DNA of 34,451 bases, taken from Octopus bimaculoides. Its lineage: Eukaryota. Below the pieces are notes generated by a model, which was not told the DNA's origin, did no database searches, and worked only from the letters and a program-made list of their open reading frames with translations. Below, piece by piece: positions 10,547 through 22,933 of the stretch. The position numbers and the translations under genes are program-made. Positions within the stretch are counted from its first letter, which is position 1. Each line of letters opens with the position of its first letter. Location of the stretch: NCBI RefSeq assembly GCF_001194135.2, contig NC_068981.1, positions 22,165,386 to 22,199,836 of the forward strand, in the 5' to 3' direction.

Positions 10547-11385
10547 TTTAGAATAATTACTTTGCACTGCAATAATAATGATGAAGCCTGATAGAGACAT
10601 TGTAATGTAATTCTATGTAATACCACAAATTGTTAAGCATTTACACCAAACTCAAAACTGAAGTGTGTTTACAAACAGTAAAGAAGTTCCCTCATAGATA
10701 CCTGGTGACCTAAACTCTTCAAGAAGAAAGAAACAGAAAACACACTTGCCCAGGATGCCACATAGTGGAACCTTGAACCTTGGACAAGTGTCTTCTACTA
10801 TAGTCCAGGGCCAACCAAAGCCTTGTGAGTGGATTTAGTAGATGGAAACTGAAAGAATTGAAGTTGCAAAGAAATATTTATTGACCATGTATAACTAGTA
10901 AATGGAAAAGCATGCGAAGTAAAAAGAGTTAATTTCGGCCTGTATATGTGTGTACACGATCTCATAGTAGTATATAGAGAGAGATATAGTAATGTTATAG
11001 AGAAAAGAAAGTAAGTTAGTGAAAGTGAGAGTGGTGGGACAAAACAACTGCTTCGTTGGTGAGTTACCATAGTTGTTCTTTTGTGCCTTTTCCTTTAAAG
11101 ATGGTGTTTTGTTTAGCTAGTNNNNNNNNNNNNNNNNNNNNNNNNNNNNNNNNNNNNNNNNNNNNNNNNNNNNNNNNNNNNNNNNNNNNNNNNNNNNNNN
11201 NNNNNNNNNNNNNNNNNNNNNNNNNNNNNNNNNNNNNNNNNNNNNNNNNNNNNNNNNNNNNNNNNNNNNNNNNNNNNNNNNNNNNNNNNNNNNNNNNNNN
11301 NNNNNNNNNNNNNNNNNNNNNNNNNNNNNNNNNNNNNNNNNNNNNNNNNNNNNNNNNNNNNNNNNNNNNNNNNNNNNNNNNNNNN

Positions 11386-11721
11386 AGAATCGCGGTTTCG
11401 ATTCCCAGACCGGGCGTTGTGAGTGTTTATTGAGCGAAAACACCAAAAGCTCCAACGAGGCTCTGGCAGGGGATGGTGGCAAACCCTGCTGTACTCTTCC
11501 ACCACAACTTTCTCTCACTCTTACTTCCTGTTTCTGTTGTACCTGTAATTCAAAGGGTCAGCCTTGTCACACTGTGTCACGCTGAATATCCCCGAGAACT
11601 ACGTTAAGGGTACACGTGTCTGTGGAGTGCTCAGCCACTTGCACGTTAATTTCATGAGCAGGCTGTTCTGTTGATCGGATCAACTGGAACCCTCGACGTC
11701 GTAAGCGACGGAGTGCCAACA
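11386..11721 (+). mobile_element. tRNA-derived SINE family B (head lost in the gap)
   Basis: Colinear with 20990-21360 from GATCGCGGTTTCGATTCCCAGAC to GGAGTGCCAAC. Confidence 0.85.
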
Positions 11722-12744
11722 CAGTCAGCCAGACTCAGTTCTCACTAATTGACTTTGGCTTATGGAGTTCTTGTTTTTATAACTATCTAAAACCGGCCAG
11801 AAGGATAGACATATTGTTGAGAACAATTGATTTCGTTGGCCTAGCTTTTGGTGGCCTACAAGAGGTTAGAAGGGTTAAGTGGCAAAGACATTATTATGCT
11901 TAGTGATGGCATCTAGCAAAGGTAACTGCTGTCACTCACAGAAAAGCTATTGTTTTACTGTGAGAAAAAGACTGTTGGACTGTTAAATGAAATTTGGCTA
12001 TCGAAGATCAAATCCACGCTATGCCTGCATGAAGCCACTACATATATATATATATACTTTTATATATAGTCCACTCTGTAAGGTGGTTGGTGTTAGGAAG
12101 GGTATCTAGCTGTAAAAATCTAGCCAAAACAGATAATGAAGTCTGGTGCAGTCTTCTGCCCAGCCAACCCATCAGACTGTCCAACCCATGCCATTTAATG
12201 GACGTTAAATGATGATGATGATGATATATATAAGGGCATCCAGTTGTAGAAAATTCACCTCAACAAATTCTGTCTAATCTGATGTATGCAAGCATGGAAT
12301 GGAAATCAAATGACGATGATGATGTAATCACATACAAAGAAGAAGAACAACAACAACAACAACTGCTGTTGCTGCTGCTGCTACCACAATCACCTTTAAA
12401 TCTGTCTTATTTGATTCAAACCCACAATCACCAAATTGGCTGAAAAATAAAATCAGTGTTGCATGAATAACTACCTATAAATCATAGATTTTATGCACTG
12501 ACTGAGTCCATAGTAGAAGTGACATGTCTCATTGATAAACAACTAGACTGCCTGCTCGTGCAAGAGGTCAAATCCATTGTAAGAAGTTTTGCTTTTCTTT
12601 TTGTCTTTCTTTCTATAAAACATTTTAACTTTTTACCTCAATTCACACAGCTAGTAGAGATAGGTACCAGACCATCAGGGAATAGCTTACTGAAATAAAT
12701 TGGTAGCTTATCCAGATGGAAATATATTTCTCATCTACATAATA

Positions 12745-13214
12745 GGCACAGGAGTGGCTGTGTGGTAAGTAGCTGTGTGGTAAGTGGCTGTGTGGTAAGT
12801 AGCTGTGTGGTAAGTGGCTGTGTGGTAAGTAGCTTGCTTACCAACCACATGGTTCTGGGTTCAGTCCCACTGAGTGGCATCTTGGGCAAGTGTCTTCTAC
12901 TATAGCCTCGGGTTGACCAAAGCCTTGTGAGTGGATTTGGTAGACGGAAACTGAAAGAAGCCCGTCATATATATGTATATATGTGTGTGTGTGTTTGTGT
13001 GTCTGTGTTTGTCCCCCTAGCATTGCTTGACAACCGATGCTGGTATGTTTATGTCCCCGTCACTTAGCGGTTTGGCAAAAGAAACCGATAGAATAAGTAC
13101 TAGGTTTACAAAGAATAAGTCCCGGGGTTGATTTGCTCGACTAAAGGCGGTGCTCCAGCATGGCCGCAGTCAAATGACTGAAACAAGTAAAAGAGTAAAA
13201 GAGAGAGTAAAGAG
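12745..13214 (+). mobile_element. SINE family A, full-length copy with tandemly amplified A box
   Basis: tRNA-like head, core, internal (TA)(TG)n and conserved tail. The 15-bp unit is repeated five times at 12757-12831. Confidence 0.9.
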
Positions 13215-13521
13215 TATAATATCATTGAAACTGGAACAAAGCACTGGTCCTTAAAATCACCTATCCTATGGCTGAGAAGACATTTAAATTTTACAATTGA
13301 ATCTAGCTCTCCTCCCTCTACTACAACCACAGAGAGAGTACCAGTTCTGTCAAAATTAGTTCACACAAGATACTAGACGAAGCCTTTTTACACTATCATT
13401 GGATCCTACCCCAGTGAACACAGTATAATAGAAGCGTGCATTGTAATATCAGTAGAGCTGGTTGATGGAGGGAGGGGGAAACCAGCAATAACAATGATGT
13501 GAAATTTCATGTTCACACAGG

Positions 13522-13792
13522 TACAGGCATGGCGATGTGCTTAAGAAGCTCACTTTGCAACCACATGATCTTGGGTTCAGCTGCACTGAGTGACAGTTCG
13601 AGCAAATGTCTTCTGCTGTAGCTCTTAAATGCCTTGAGAGTAAATCTGGTAGATGGAAACTGTGAGGAAGCCTATTGTATATATCTAAATATATGTGTGC
13701 AATGGGTTTTATGTATATATATCATCATCATCGTTTAACGTCCACTTTCCATGCTAGCATGGGTTGGACGAATATATATATATATATGTATA

Positions 13793-13858
<66 letters not shown>

Positions 13859-14100
13859 TGCATACATACACACGACAGGCTTCCACACAGTTTCCGTTTA
13901 CCAAATTCACTCCTAAAACACACACATATACATGTGTGTGTATATGCCTTTGTATCTGTGCTTGTACTCCACAACCACATGAAAACCCGTGTTGGTTCAT
14001 TTACATACATGTAACTTAGTGGTTTAGCAAGAAATGCTGACAGAATAAGTAGTAGACTGTAGCTTCAGCATGGCTGCAGTCCAATGAGTGGAACAAGTAG
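13522..14100 (+). mobile_element. Degenerate SINE family A copy with nested RTE tail, (TA)n and an inverted SINE fragment
   Basis: Head/core at 13522-13690, RTE tail at 13722-13770, (TA)n at 13772-13850, antisense core fragment at ~13872-13915, and tail at ~14005-14100. Confidence 0.6.
13772..13850. repeat. (TA)n microsatellite; others at ~4390-4412 and ~22935-22966, plus (ACT)n at ~18385-18460
   Basis: Seen directly in the sequence. Confidence 0.95.
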
Positions 14101-14999
14101 CTGTAAGAAACGTAGACACTCTGAATACGATGAATAGGTTAATAGTTAAGTCTAAAACTGTGTTTGCTAAAAGAGAATAGCAGCTTCGATCAACACAAGT
14201 TACATGACTGCTTTCTAAACAATGGTAAACTTAAACCTAAAATCTACTACTTGAGAGTAGGTGATGAAGTCAGTTCTGAGAATGCTTGGCCTAACAGACA
14301 AGGAGTTACAGAATTGAAATTAATGATAAGTTTTACAATAATCTGTCCAACTTGTGTTAGTCACAAAATGCAGTCATGAAGATGATGATGATGCTGATGT
14401 TAATGTTGATGATGACATTGATGATAACTGTGGTGATGAACTAATAAAATTGCTGCAATTTTTCATAGGAACAGAATATATAAAAACTATAAATTCATTT
14501 TTCATAAAATGGGCCATTTAACAAACTGAATGAATTTCTAAGTGCCACTGAATGTAACCTTAGAAACTAATATTATATATCAGTTGAACTGAAATTCTGA
14601 ATTTAAAATCTAACCTATTTATGAATTTCACACAATCGTTAAATTCTAGAACATGATCTTTTTTTTATCAAAATGTATATTATATATTTATATATATATA
14701 TACATAAATAACATTGAAAATCATTTTGTATATCATTGGAGTCTATATGTGTGTATAAATTGCTTCATAAATTCCTCAATTAAGAAAAAAGAAAAATGAA
14801 TTCACACTCAGATACAAAAGATTTTTTTAATAAAATTAATGAAGAGAAAATTTGATCTTCAACCTTCTGCAAAGCACAAGTCAGACCCACATTGAAGTAA
14901 TGTTCACATATATGGAACAGTAATGTTACTGCACTCACAGATATCCTAGACTGCATTAAAAAAAATAAGGCCATTTAACAGATTGGTCTCAACAGACAT

Positions 15000-15190
15000 G
15001 TTTCTTCTATCACAACTACAACAGCCTCTGTACTAAGCAGACTAGTTGTATACTCTATCCATTAAACCCTACTCAATGCACTTGCTTTACTGCCGCACAT
15101 CTCAGACCCTACGCAAAATACTTCATCTATCATTCCTCACAAGAACTACAAAGCTATGAAATTCCTTCCCCATTCTTACTTTCTTCTCCA
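15000..15190 (+). mobile_element. CR1-like LINE ORF2 C-terminal remnant
   Basis: Translates to FYHNYNSLCTKQ..., resembling the CR1-group FYRYYNGLCSSEL motif; heavily decayed. Confidence 0.4.
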
Positions 15191-18010
15191 TATATTGACA
15201 TACAAATGTTCAAGCTGTATATCATATGTTTTGCTCTTATAAGTCTGGGATGTCCTGTAAACATCATAGTCCTGCTTCTCCTACCATCACTAACTTTAAA
15301 CATATGGGTAGATAACACAAGGATCACTTCTTCTCGACAATGAAATACTCATTCACAGCTCATATCCCATCCTTAGATTTTTATATATTTCCTACAGTTG
15401 TTATAGATAGTAACTTGATGCCTGTGAAACTTCATGTTCCAGCTGAATAAATAGCACACACATGAACACTATAAGTGTCAAGGGACAAAAACATGGAAGT
15501 GCTCAGTAAAAGTTTGTATGTAAAATAGATATGATTTCCTATCTGGATATCAGATGGTTACCAGTAGCATCAATCTGAACAATCCCAGAGAGAATACATA
15601 GCTCCATTGTTCCTTCCCCCAACAAACATATATGATTTAATCACACTAATCTAATCCTTTACCTCAAACACTCAGAGCCAAAAAAAGAAGCTATGGGCAC
15701 AACCACTCTATTTCGTTTCCAGTCAAACTAACAAAATAAATAAATTCAATCTTCCAGAGAAAATAAATTTTAGAAGATACAAAATGTTCAATTCAAGGCC
15801 AATGGCATAGGATATATTAAAATATTGTTTCCTTCAGAGTAAAGAAAGATTTAATGATTTACAACTCAGTGTTAGTTTACAAGCTTAGCTATGATTCCAA
15901 TTTGTTTATTGAGTGTCAACCTAGTATAATCCAGAGATGTGATGTAACATCAACATCTGGCAGTAATGAAAATTTAAACTGAATTGTAAAAGGTTACATC
16001 AGCAACCTATGTGCATGTGTGGTAGATTAGTTAAGTTTAACAATATTTGTGTATAGTATAATACATTGATAATTCAGACTATCATGGCATTGCAGTGGCA
16101 GAAATGTCAGACTGAATGCTTTTTTAGTATTTAGACTCATCCCAATGTATTTAGTGTTTAAATCCTACTGAGGTCAATAAAAAGCAAAGTAGCAGGCAAA
16201 TACTGTTTAGGTTCATCAACTATGCCTCTTCTCTACAAATTTATGGCTTTATGACAAGATGATAAATCAGTCTAACATTACATTGCAACTGTCAATTTTT
16301 ATGTTCTTCATTTCTCAGACAGAGGCCAGATGGCTAATTTGATCAGGTACTGTACTAGCTGACAGTATATTTTGAGTTCAAATATATTCCTGGCAATTTG
16401 TTGCATTTATTTAAAGCAGAATACTTTTATTCTACATTGTTCCAGTGCACTTATCTGTCAGGAAATAGTGCCAAATCATTAAAAAATGTTGCGTGCATTT
16501 GTTTGTTGATCTGTCTAGGAAGAGATTGATGCCATAAAACCAGAGCTAAGTACTGACCCTTTAAAGCCATTTGATCTCAACCCTTAAGTTATCACTCTGT
16601 AGGGCTGACAAAGGCTATGTGACAACAATGCAACATTATACACCTAACATTTAAAACCAAAGGAAATATTATTAAACAAAATGGATACACATATACACAT
16701 TAGTATACAATTATCAAGTAATCAATACAGACTGTCAGTAACACCTGACACCATCACTTTAATTCTAGCAAAGGATATATAATTAAATGTAAGCAAAATA
16801 GGAGTGAGGTTGTTAGCATGTAAAAGTTTAACAGAACAACCAGTACTGAACTTCTGTACTGTTAACTCAAGAAGACTAATGGATAGAAGGAGGTTTAGGA
16901 TAGATCCCTGGTGAATGCCTACCTAACTTATATTCAGCAAAAGAAACCAAATAATTGAAGAATCATTTTCAACAACTGAATTATCAGCAAAGTCAGTCCT
17001 TGCTACACTCCACACTGTTTGTGGTCATACTCTAAACCAGTGTAACAGCCAAGGGAATTTTGGGTAGATTCTCATAATTCTGTCTTCATTGAAAGATACA
17101 TTGAACCATTAGTTTCCTGATGATTAAGGATAAAACAGCTGAAACATCATATTGTAATATTAACATTTGGCCTTGTGATATTTTAGGTCAACCTCAGGCC
17201 GACAGGCTCATTAGACCAAAGCTTGTCTTAGTTTCTATGAGCAAGAAAGCATACAATATTCCTGCTAAATGGAGCATTCAGTCTGTTACAGGATTAACCT
17301 TGAGATGTGACTGGTTCTCACTTCAACTGGGTGAAGATGAGCAACAAGAAATGAAATGTTTTTGCTCAAGAACACTACACAATATCCAGTCTGAAAATTG
17401 AAACTGCACTGTTATTATCTGAAGTTCAACACCCAAAACACCAGAGATATAACAGCAATTACGTTTTTACTATGCCCAAGGGTAATTTTATAAGAGAAGG
17501 TATTTCTGTTGACTTCAGAATGTTTCTGGTGTTTATTGTATTAGGCTGAGAGGGGTGAAAGATAATGCGAACAGGAGCAGGATTTCAACTCAGTGCCAAA
17601 CTAAATGCAATTAATCTTTCAGTAGAACCATCACCAAAATCTGTTATAATATTACTAGACTAATTATAACAATTACATTTGCACCATGAGGGCCATGGGA
17701 TGGCAGAAATATTAGAATGTATGACTAAATACTTGGTATTATTTAATTGTATTCTTTCTTATATTGTGAGCCAGGGTTCCTTTTGCTTTCTAGCTCATTG
17801 GAACTTAAAATAAGTACCAGTAATGTACTGAGATCAATTCAATATAATATGTACAGCAACATATTGCAAATATATTTCTTCTTGGTGACAACATACACTT
17901 CTTGCATCAAAATTAAAGGAAAAATGTTAGGACCAAGAATGTAAAATGAAAATTTTACCTAATGTTTATCACATCACATCTAGATGTTAATGGTAATATT
18001 AACATTTGAA

Positions 18011-18162
18011 TCATCATCATCATCATCATCGTTTAACGTCCGCTTTCCATGCTAGCATGGGTTGGACGATTTGACTGAGGACTGGTGAAACCGGATGGCA
18101 ACACCAGGCTCCAATCTAAATTTGGCAGAGTTTCTACAGCTGGATGCCCTTCCTAACGCCAA
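18011..18162 (-). mobile_element. 5'-truncated RTE-type LINE 3' end (young subfamily)
   Basis: Identical to the copy at 6764-6855 and extends into CTACAGCTGGATGCCCTTCCTAACGCC. Confidence 0.75.
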
Positions 18163-20149
18163 TGTGATACAAAAATCATTGCTTATAAGTACCTTTGTTT
18201 ATAAGTACCAACTAAATATTGGTGTTGGTGGTGGTGGGGAGGGGGAAGGAAAGGGATATAACTGACTACATTTTTCTACCCAAATTTTTTTGTTTAAGCA
18301 ACCCTCTGGGGATGATAAGGTGTGTATTAGTCAAGTGCTGAGTTTAATTAATTGTTCCCTCCCTACAAATTACTGGCCTTGTGTTGTTACTGCTACTACA
18401 ACTACTACTACTACTACCACCATAAGCACTACCTCTACTACTACTACTACAACAACTACTGCAGGACAAACAACATAACAACCACTGGAGAGAAGGTAAA
18501 GCTATCAGAAGTCACTTCTATAAAACATGATTATCAATTATTTTATTGATCCTCAGGCAGACTATAAAACATTTTCAACATAAGCACTGTAGTTAGTTAA
18601 CAAACAGCTGCTCCACTGTCAAATTGATCTGTCTTTACAATGTTAAGTTTTTGCTCGGGGGGGGGGGGGAAGCCATTTGTATACTGTGCCATTTCCATTG
18701 TATGCATTCCCACAGTTATCATCATTATCATCGATGTTTGAATGTCTTCTACTATAGCCCCAGGCCAACCAAAGCCTTGTGAGTGGATTTGGTAGATGGA
18801 AACTGAAAGAAACCTGTGGTATATATAAATATGTGTATAGACATGTGCGCATGTGTTGTTTTTGTCTCTTGACTTGACATGGCATGATAGTTGTAAATGA
18901 AGGTCACTGTCATACAAGCAGTGTCGTTCATTTCCAATATTCTACAGAAACATGTCTGGCCATGGGGAAATATTACCTTGCTTAGAAACAAGTGAGGGTT
19001 GGTGACAGGAAGGGTGTCTCTATTCTTTATTCTTCTGGACAACAGCCAAGCTGAAGCACAGCCTTAATTTATTTTCTTTCAGTTTTACTGTTACTTTATG
19101 GCTGGAAGTTGGTCTATGATTGAGTTTGTAACAGCTGATTTTCCCTGGGTGTATCCTTGAATGGATGCTTGATCTGGTATTGTCATTAGGAATTTATCCA
19201 ATGTTTTGTGTTTCAGTAGAGGTTCCCTTTTACATTTCTGATTTCTTCAGACTGATACAATAGAGTGTTTTTGTTGTGATTTCGAAGGTGGAAAATCTAT
19301 CTCAAGTATACTGTCTGTCCCATGCAAGCATGGAAAAATGGCTGTTAAATGATGATGATCATCATCATCCTCTAACGACTGTTTTCCATGCTGGCATGGA
19401 TTGAAAATAAACAGAAATAATGGGTTATATTACATTGATTTATTTGCTACAGCTGTTTCAGATATGCATTAGGGTGCATTCCTGGTTCATATAATTAAGA
19501 TTCGGTTGAATTAGGTACTTAAATTGTGGCATTTTGTTAGGCCAATCTAATTTGCATACCCAAATAATATCAGGTGAATATCAAACTCTGTGCAGAAGTG
19601 TTTGCACTTGATATTCTTGCAGCGTATGCAGATAACATGACCCAGCTTAGTGAAGAGATTCGCTCTTGGTTGTTCAGACATGCACTTTATATAAAAGTAC
19701 AAAAATACTTTATATAAAATTTCCAAAGTGCAGATTCCAGGGTAGGCAAATAAGATACAAGTAACAAAGATGTACAGGTATCAATTCATTATGGTCGTTT
19801 CAAGCGACTCCTTTAATTGATTAATGAAAACATCATTGCAAAGAAACTGTTTTCATCAATAGACTTCAAGCACAAAGGACAAACCTACTGCTTTAATATA
19901 TCCATATCACCAATGGAGCTCAAATATTTACATTGATTCTGTAGGCACACACACACAGCATGGCAGGTTTCTTTCAGTTTTCATTTAACAAATCCACGTG
20001 TGTGTGTGTGTGTGTGAATGCACACACTTTCATACATATGTGCACAGGCATGCATAAAAATATTTTGTTAGCTTGCAATGGAGAAAAGCGACTTTGTCCT
20101 CAGGAGGTCTTTCTGGGTTTTTTTTGGGGGGTGACATTGGTGTAATTGA

Positions 20150-20745
20150 TGTTTAGTTTGAATGTATTGTAGGTCAATGCTTAAAAAATTAGATAGGTAG
20201 GGAAAAAGTTCCAGAGGATAAGAATTGGAAACAACTGGGTGAAGTATTTAGTGTGGGACCATAAAAGTTAAACACAGCGAGGGTGAAGGGGGATGAAGGG
20301 AGTCAGGCAGTGGAGCAGACATGCAAGTAGCTAGTTCAAGTGGAGCGAAGGCTGTTGTAGCAGTGTTTGAAGTATTCAAAAAATTAGATCATACATCTGT
20401 GAATGTGGTGTGTAGGTGAATGAATTAATGTCAATTAGTCAGGCCTGGCTTTGAATTTGGTCTGAAGTGTTTGTGCGCGTAACAACAATGCCATCTTATA
20501 TAAGTGAACAATACTGCAGGGTGGGTATTACACACGCTTTGGAACAGAGGTGAGTTACAGAGGGTAGTCTGGACAGCAATGATAGTTTTAAGATAAAGGG
20601 TGATAGATTTGTACCTGGGTATAATACGAGGTGTGGTTGACATGTTAGTAGAAGGTGTCAAGTGGGATTCAAGTTGGACTGAAGTTTCTGAACATTGTCA
20701 TAGAGGAATGGTTTAGCAGATTTTACAAAATTCTTGTATTGTGAG
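20150..20745 (-). mobile_element. CR1-like LINE 3' remnant
   Basis: Minus strand contains FKHCYNSLRS and LWNFFP (cf. LWNSLP), the same family as the 15000 remnant, with many stops. Confidence 0.45.
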
Positions 20746-20989
20746 CTTTTCCTGTTTGCAGTAGTTTTGGTGAAGGAAAGGAAGAAGGATAACCTTACTT
20801 TGATCTACATGAGTTTGTCAGTTAATAAGTCAGTGCATGCAACATAGTCCTCAGACTCTTGGACTCGTTATGAACTAAGGGACTAATGAACATTTATGTA
20901 CCAACTGATATGTGTGTGTGTATATGCGCGCGCACGTGTGTGTGCATGTATAAGTGTGCATGAATGTTTGTGTGTATATATATGCAGAG

Positions 20990-21360
20990 GGAGGTGCAAT
21001 GGCCCAGTGGTTAGGGCAGTGGACTCGCGGTCATAGGATCGCGGTTTTGATTCCCAGATCGGGCGTTGTGTGTATTTATTGAGCGAAAACACCAAAAGCT
21101 CCACGAGGCTCTGGCAGTGGGTGGTGGAAAACCCTGTTGTACTCTTTCTCTCACTCTTTCTTCCTGTTTCTGTTGTGCCTGTAATTCAAAAGGTCAGCCT
21201 TGTCACACTGTGTCATGCTGAATATCTCCGAGAACTACGTTAAGGGTACACGTGTCTGTGGAGTGCTCAGCCACTTGCACGTTAATTTCATGAGCAGGCT
21301 GTTCCATTGATCGGATCAACTGGAACCCTCAACGTTGTAAGCGATGGAGTGCCAACAACA
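20990..21360 (+). mobile_element. tRNA-derived SINE family B, near full length
   Basis: GGAGGTGCAATGGCCCAGTGGTTAGG (A box), GGTTTTGATTCCC (B box), a body shared with 11386-11721, and a (CAA)n end. Antisense remnants lie at ~5270-5460 and ~23225-23380. Confidence 0.85.
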
Positions 21361-22138
21361 GGATATATGCACATATGGTGCCAAATGATAAAGAAGCTCA
21401 CTTCACAATCAGGAGGCTCTGTGTTGAATCTCACTAATGGCATCTTATTGTGTTGTATTACACATGAGGATTGAGTCTCTTTCCTATGTAGCAGCAGAGT
21501 TACATTGAGAAGTAGAATTTCCTGTTGTAAATGACAGATGAGGGTTCCATAACATCTGGCTTAACAACTGCCCAAATAATTTGTTTATAGTGATCAAATG
21601 TATGTGCTGGACATAAGCTCACTCTCTCCATCAAATCAATATTGCCTGAACAGGTGCATGATGTGTCACATGTCAGATGTCAAAGTGATTGCAGAGCAAC
21701 ATGAAATGAAGGGTCTTGCAAAGAACACAATGCACCATCAGGTCCTGCAATTGAAACAACAATCTTGCAATGATGAGTGCAACACCCTAACCACTAGGCT
21801 ATGCCCCTTCACACCCTGAGAGGTAACAAACAATAACATTATGCAAGGGAAAGTGCAACTAGAGGTGGCACATCAAAAGACCCGGTTATATTCACAGTGA
21901 GCTAGCTCAAAATATTTACATATGAGCTACATTAAATACATCAAGAACCAGATGGTACTATTAAACTATGTGGAGCCACCTACTCAAAAGAAAATATTGA
22001 TATAAACACTAAAGGTGTTTTCATATTCACACACACAAACACATATGTATACATGTATGTGTGTATATGTGTGTGCGTGTGTATATGTCTGTGCGTGTGT
22101 ATATGTGTGTGCATGTGTACATACACATACATACATAC

Positions 22139-22515
22139 ATCATCATCATCATTGTTTAACGTCCGCTTTCCATGCTGGCATGGGTGGGACAGTTTGACTG
22201 AGGACTGGCAAACTAGAAGGCTGTATCAGGCTCCAATTTAATCTGGCAAGGTTTCTACAGCTGGATGCCCTTCCTAACACCAACCATGCCGAGAGTGTAG
22301 TGGGTGCTTTTTAAGTACCACCAGCACGAGGGCCAATCAAGTGGTACTGGCATTGACCATGCTCGAATGGTGCTTTTTACGTGCTGTCAACATGGGAGCC
22401 AGTCAGGTGGCACTGGCAACAACCATGCTCAAATGGCACATTCTACGTGTCACCAGCACAAGACCAGTCAGCAGCACTGGCATTGACAACGCTCAAATGG
22501 TGCTTTTTACATGCC
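22139..22515 (-). mobile_element. Older RTE-type 3' UTR copy with an internal ~65-bp tandem array
   Basis: Same (CAT)n-GTTTAACGTCCG end. Repeat units start at 22347, 22413 and 22477. Further older tails lie at ~122-295, ~12072-12225 (+) and ~30735-30850 (+). Confidence 0.7.
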
Positions 22516-22561
22516 ACGGGCAAATATCTTTTATTTGATTCAGTGATTAGACTGCAGCCAC

Positions 22562-22933
22562 GAATCACTTTTAGTTGAATAAATTGATTCCAGTACTTAT
22601 TTTTTTAAAGACTGGTACTTATTCTATCAGTACCTTTTGTTGAATCACTAAGTTATGGGAACATAAACACACTAACACCAGTTGTCAAGCAATGGTAGGG
22701 AACAAATACAGACACAAAGACACACACAAATATATGTGTGTGTGTGTATATATATATATCATCATCATCATCGTTTAACGTCCGCTTTCCATGCTAGCAT
22801 GGGTTGGACGATTTGACTGAGGACTGGTGAAACCGGATGGCAACACCAGGCTCCAGTCTGATTTGGCAGAGTTTCTACAGCTGGATGCCCTTCCTAACGC
22901 CAACCACTCAGAGAGTGTAGTGGGTGCTTTTAC

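Noticed and set aside
12757-12831. Short regular repeats (also 23274-23353) as a CRISPR-like array
   Set aside because: Head-to-tail tandem units with no unique spacers, in a eukaryotic context.
12745-12870. tRNA-like heads (also at 20990 and 978)
   Set aside because: They have A/B boxes but continue into multi-copy SINE bodies with no acceptor stem; not tRNA genes.
13675-14019. YIYIYI-rich ORFs (also near 22015-22241 and 22775-23236)
   Set aside because: Translations of (TA)n/(TG)n microsatellites and SINE/RTE pieces.
17117-17150. CTGATGA...GAAAC (also CTGATGA at ~4436) as a hammerhead
   Set aside because: No stem II or stem I complementarity.
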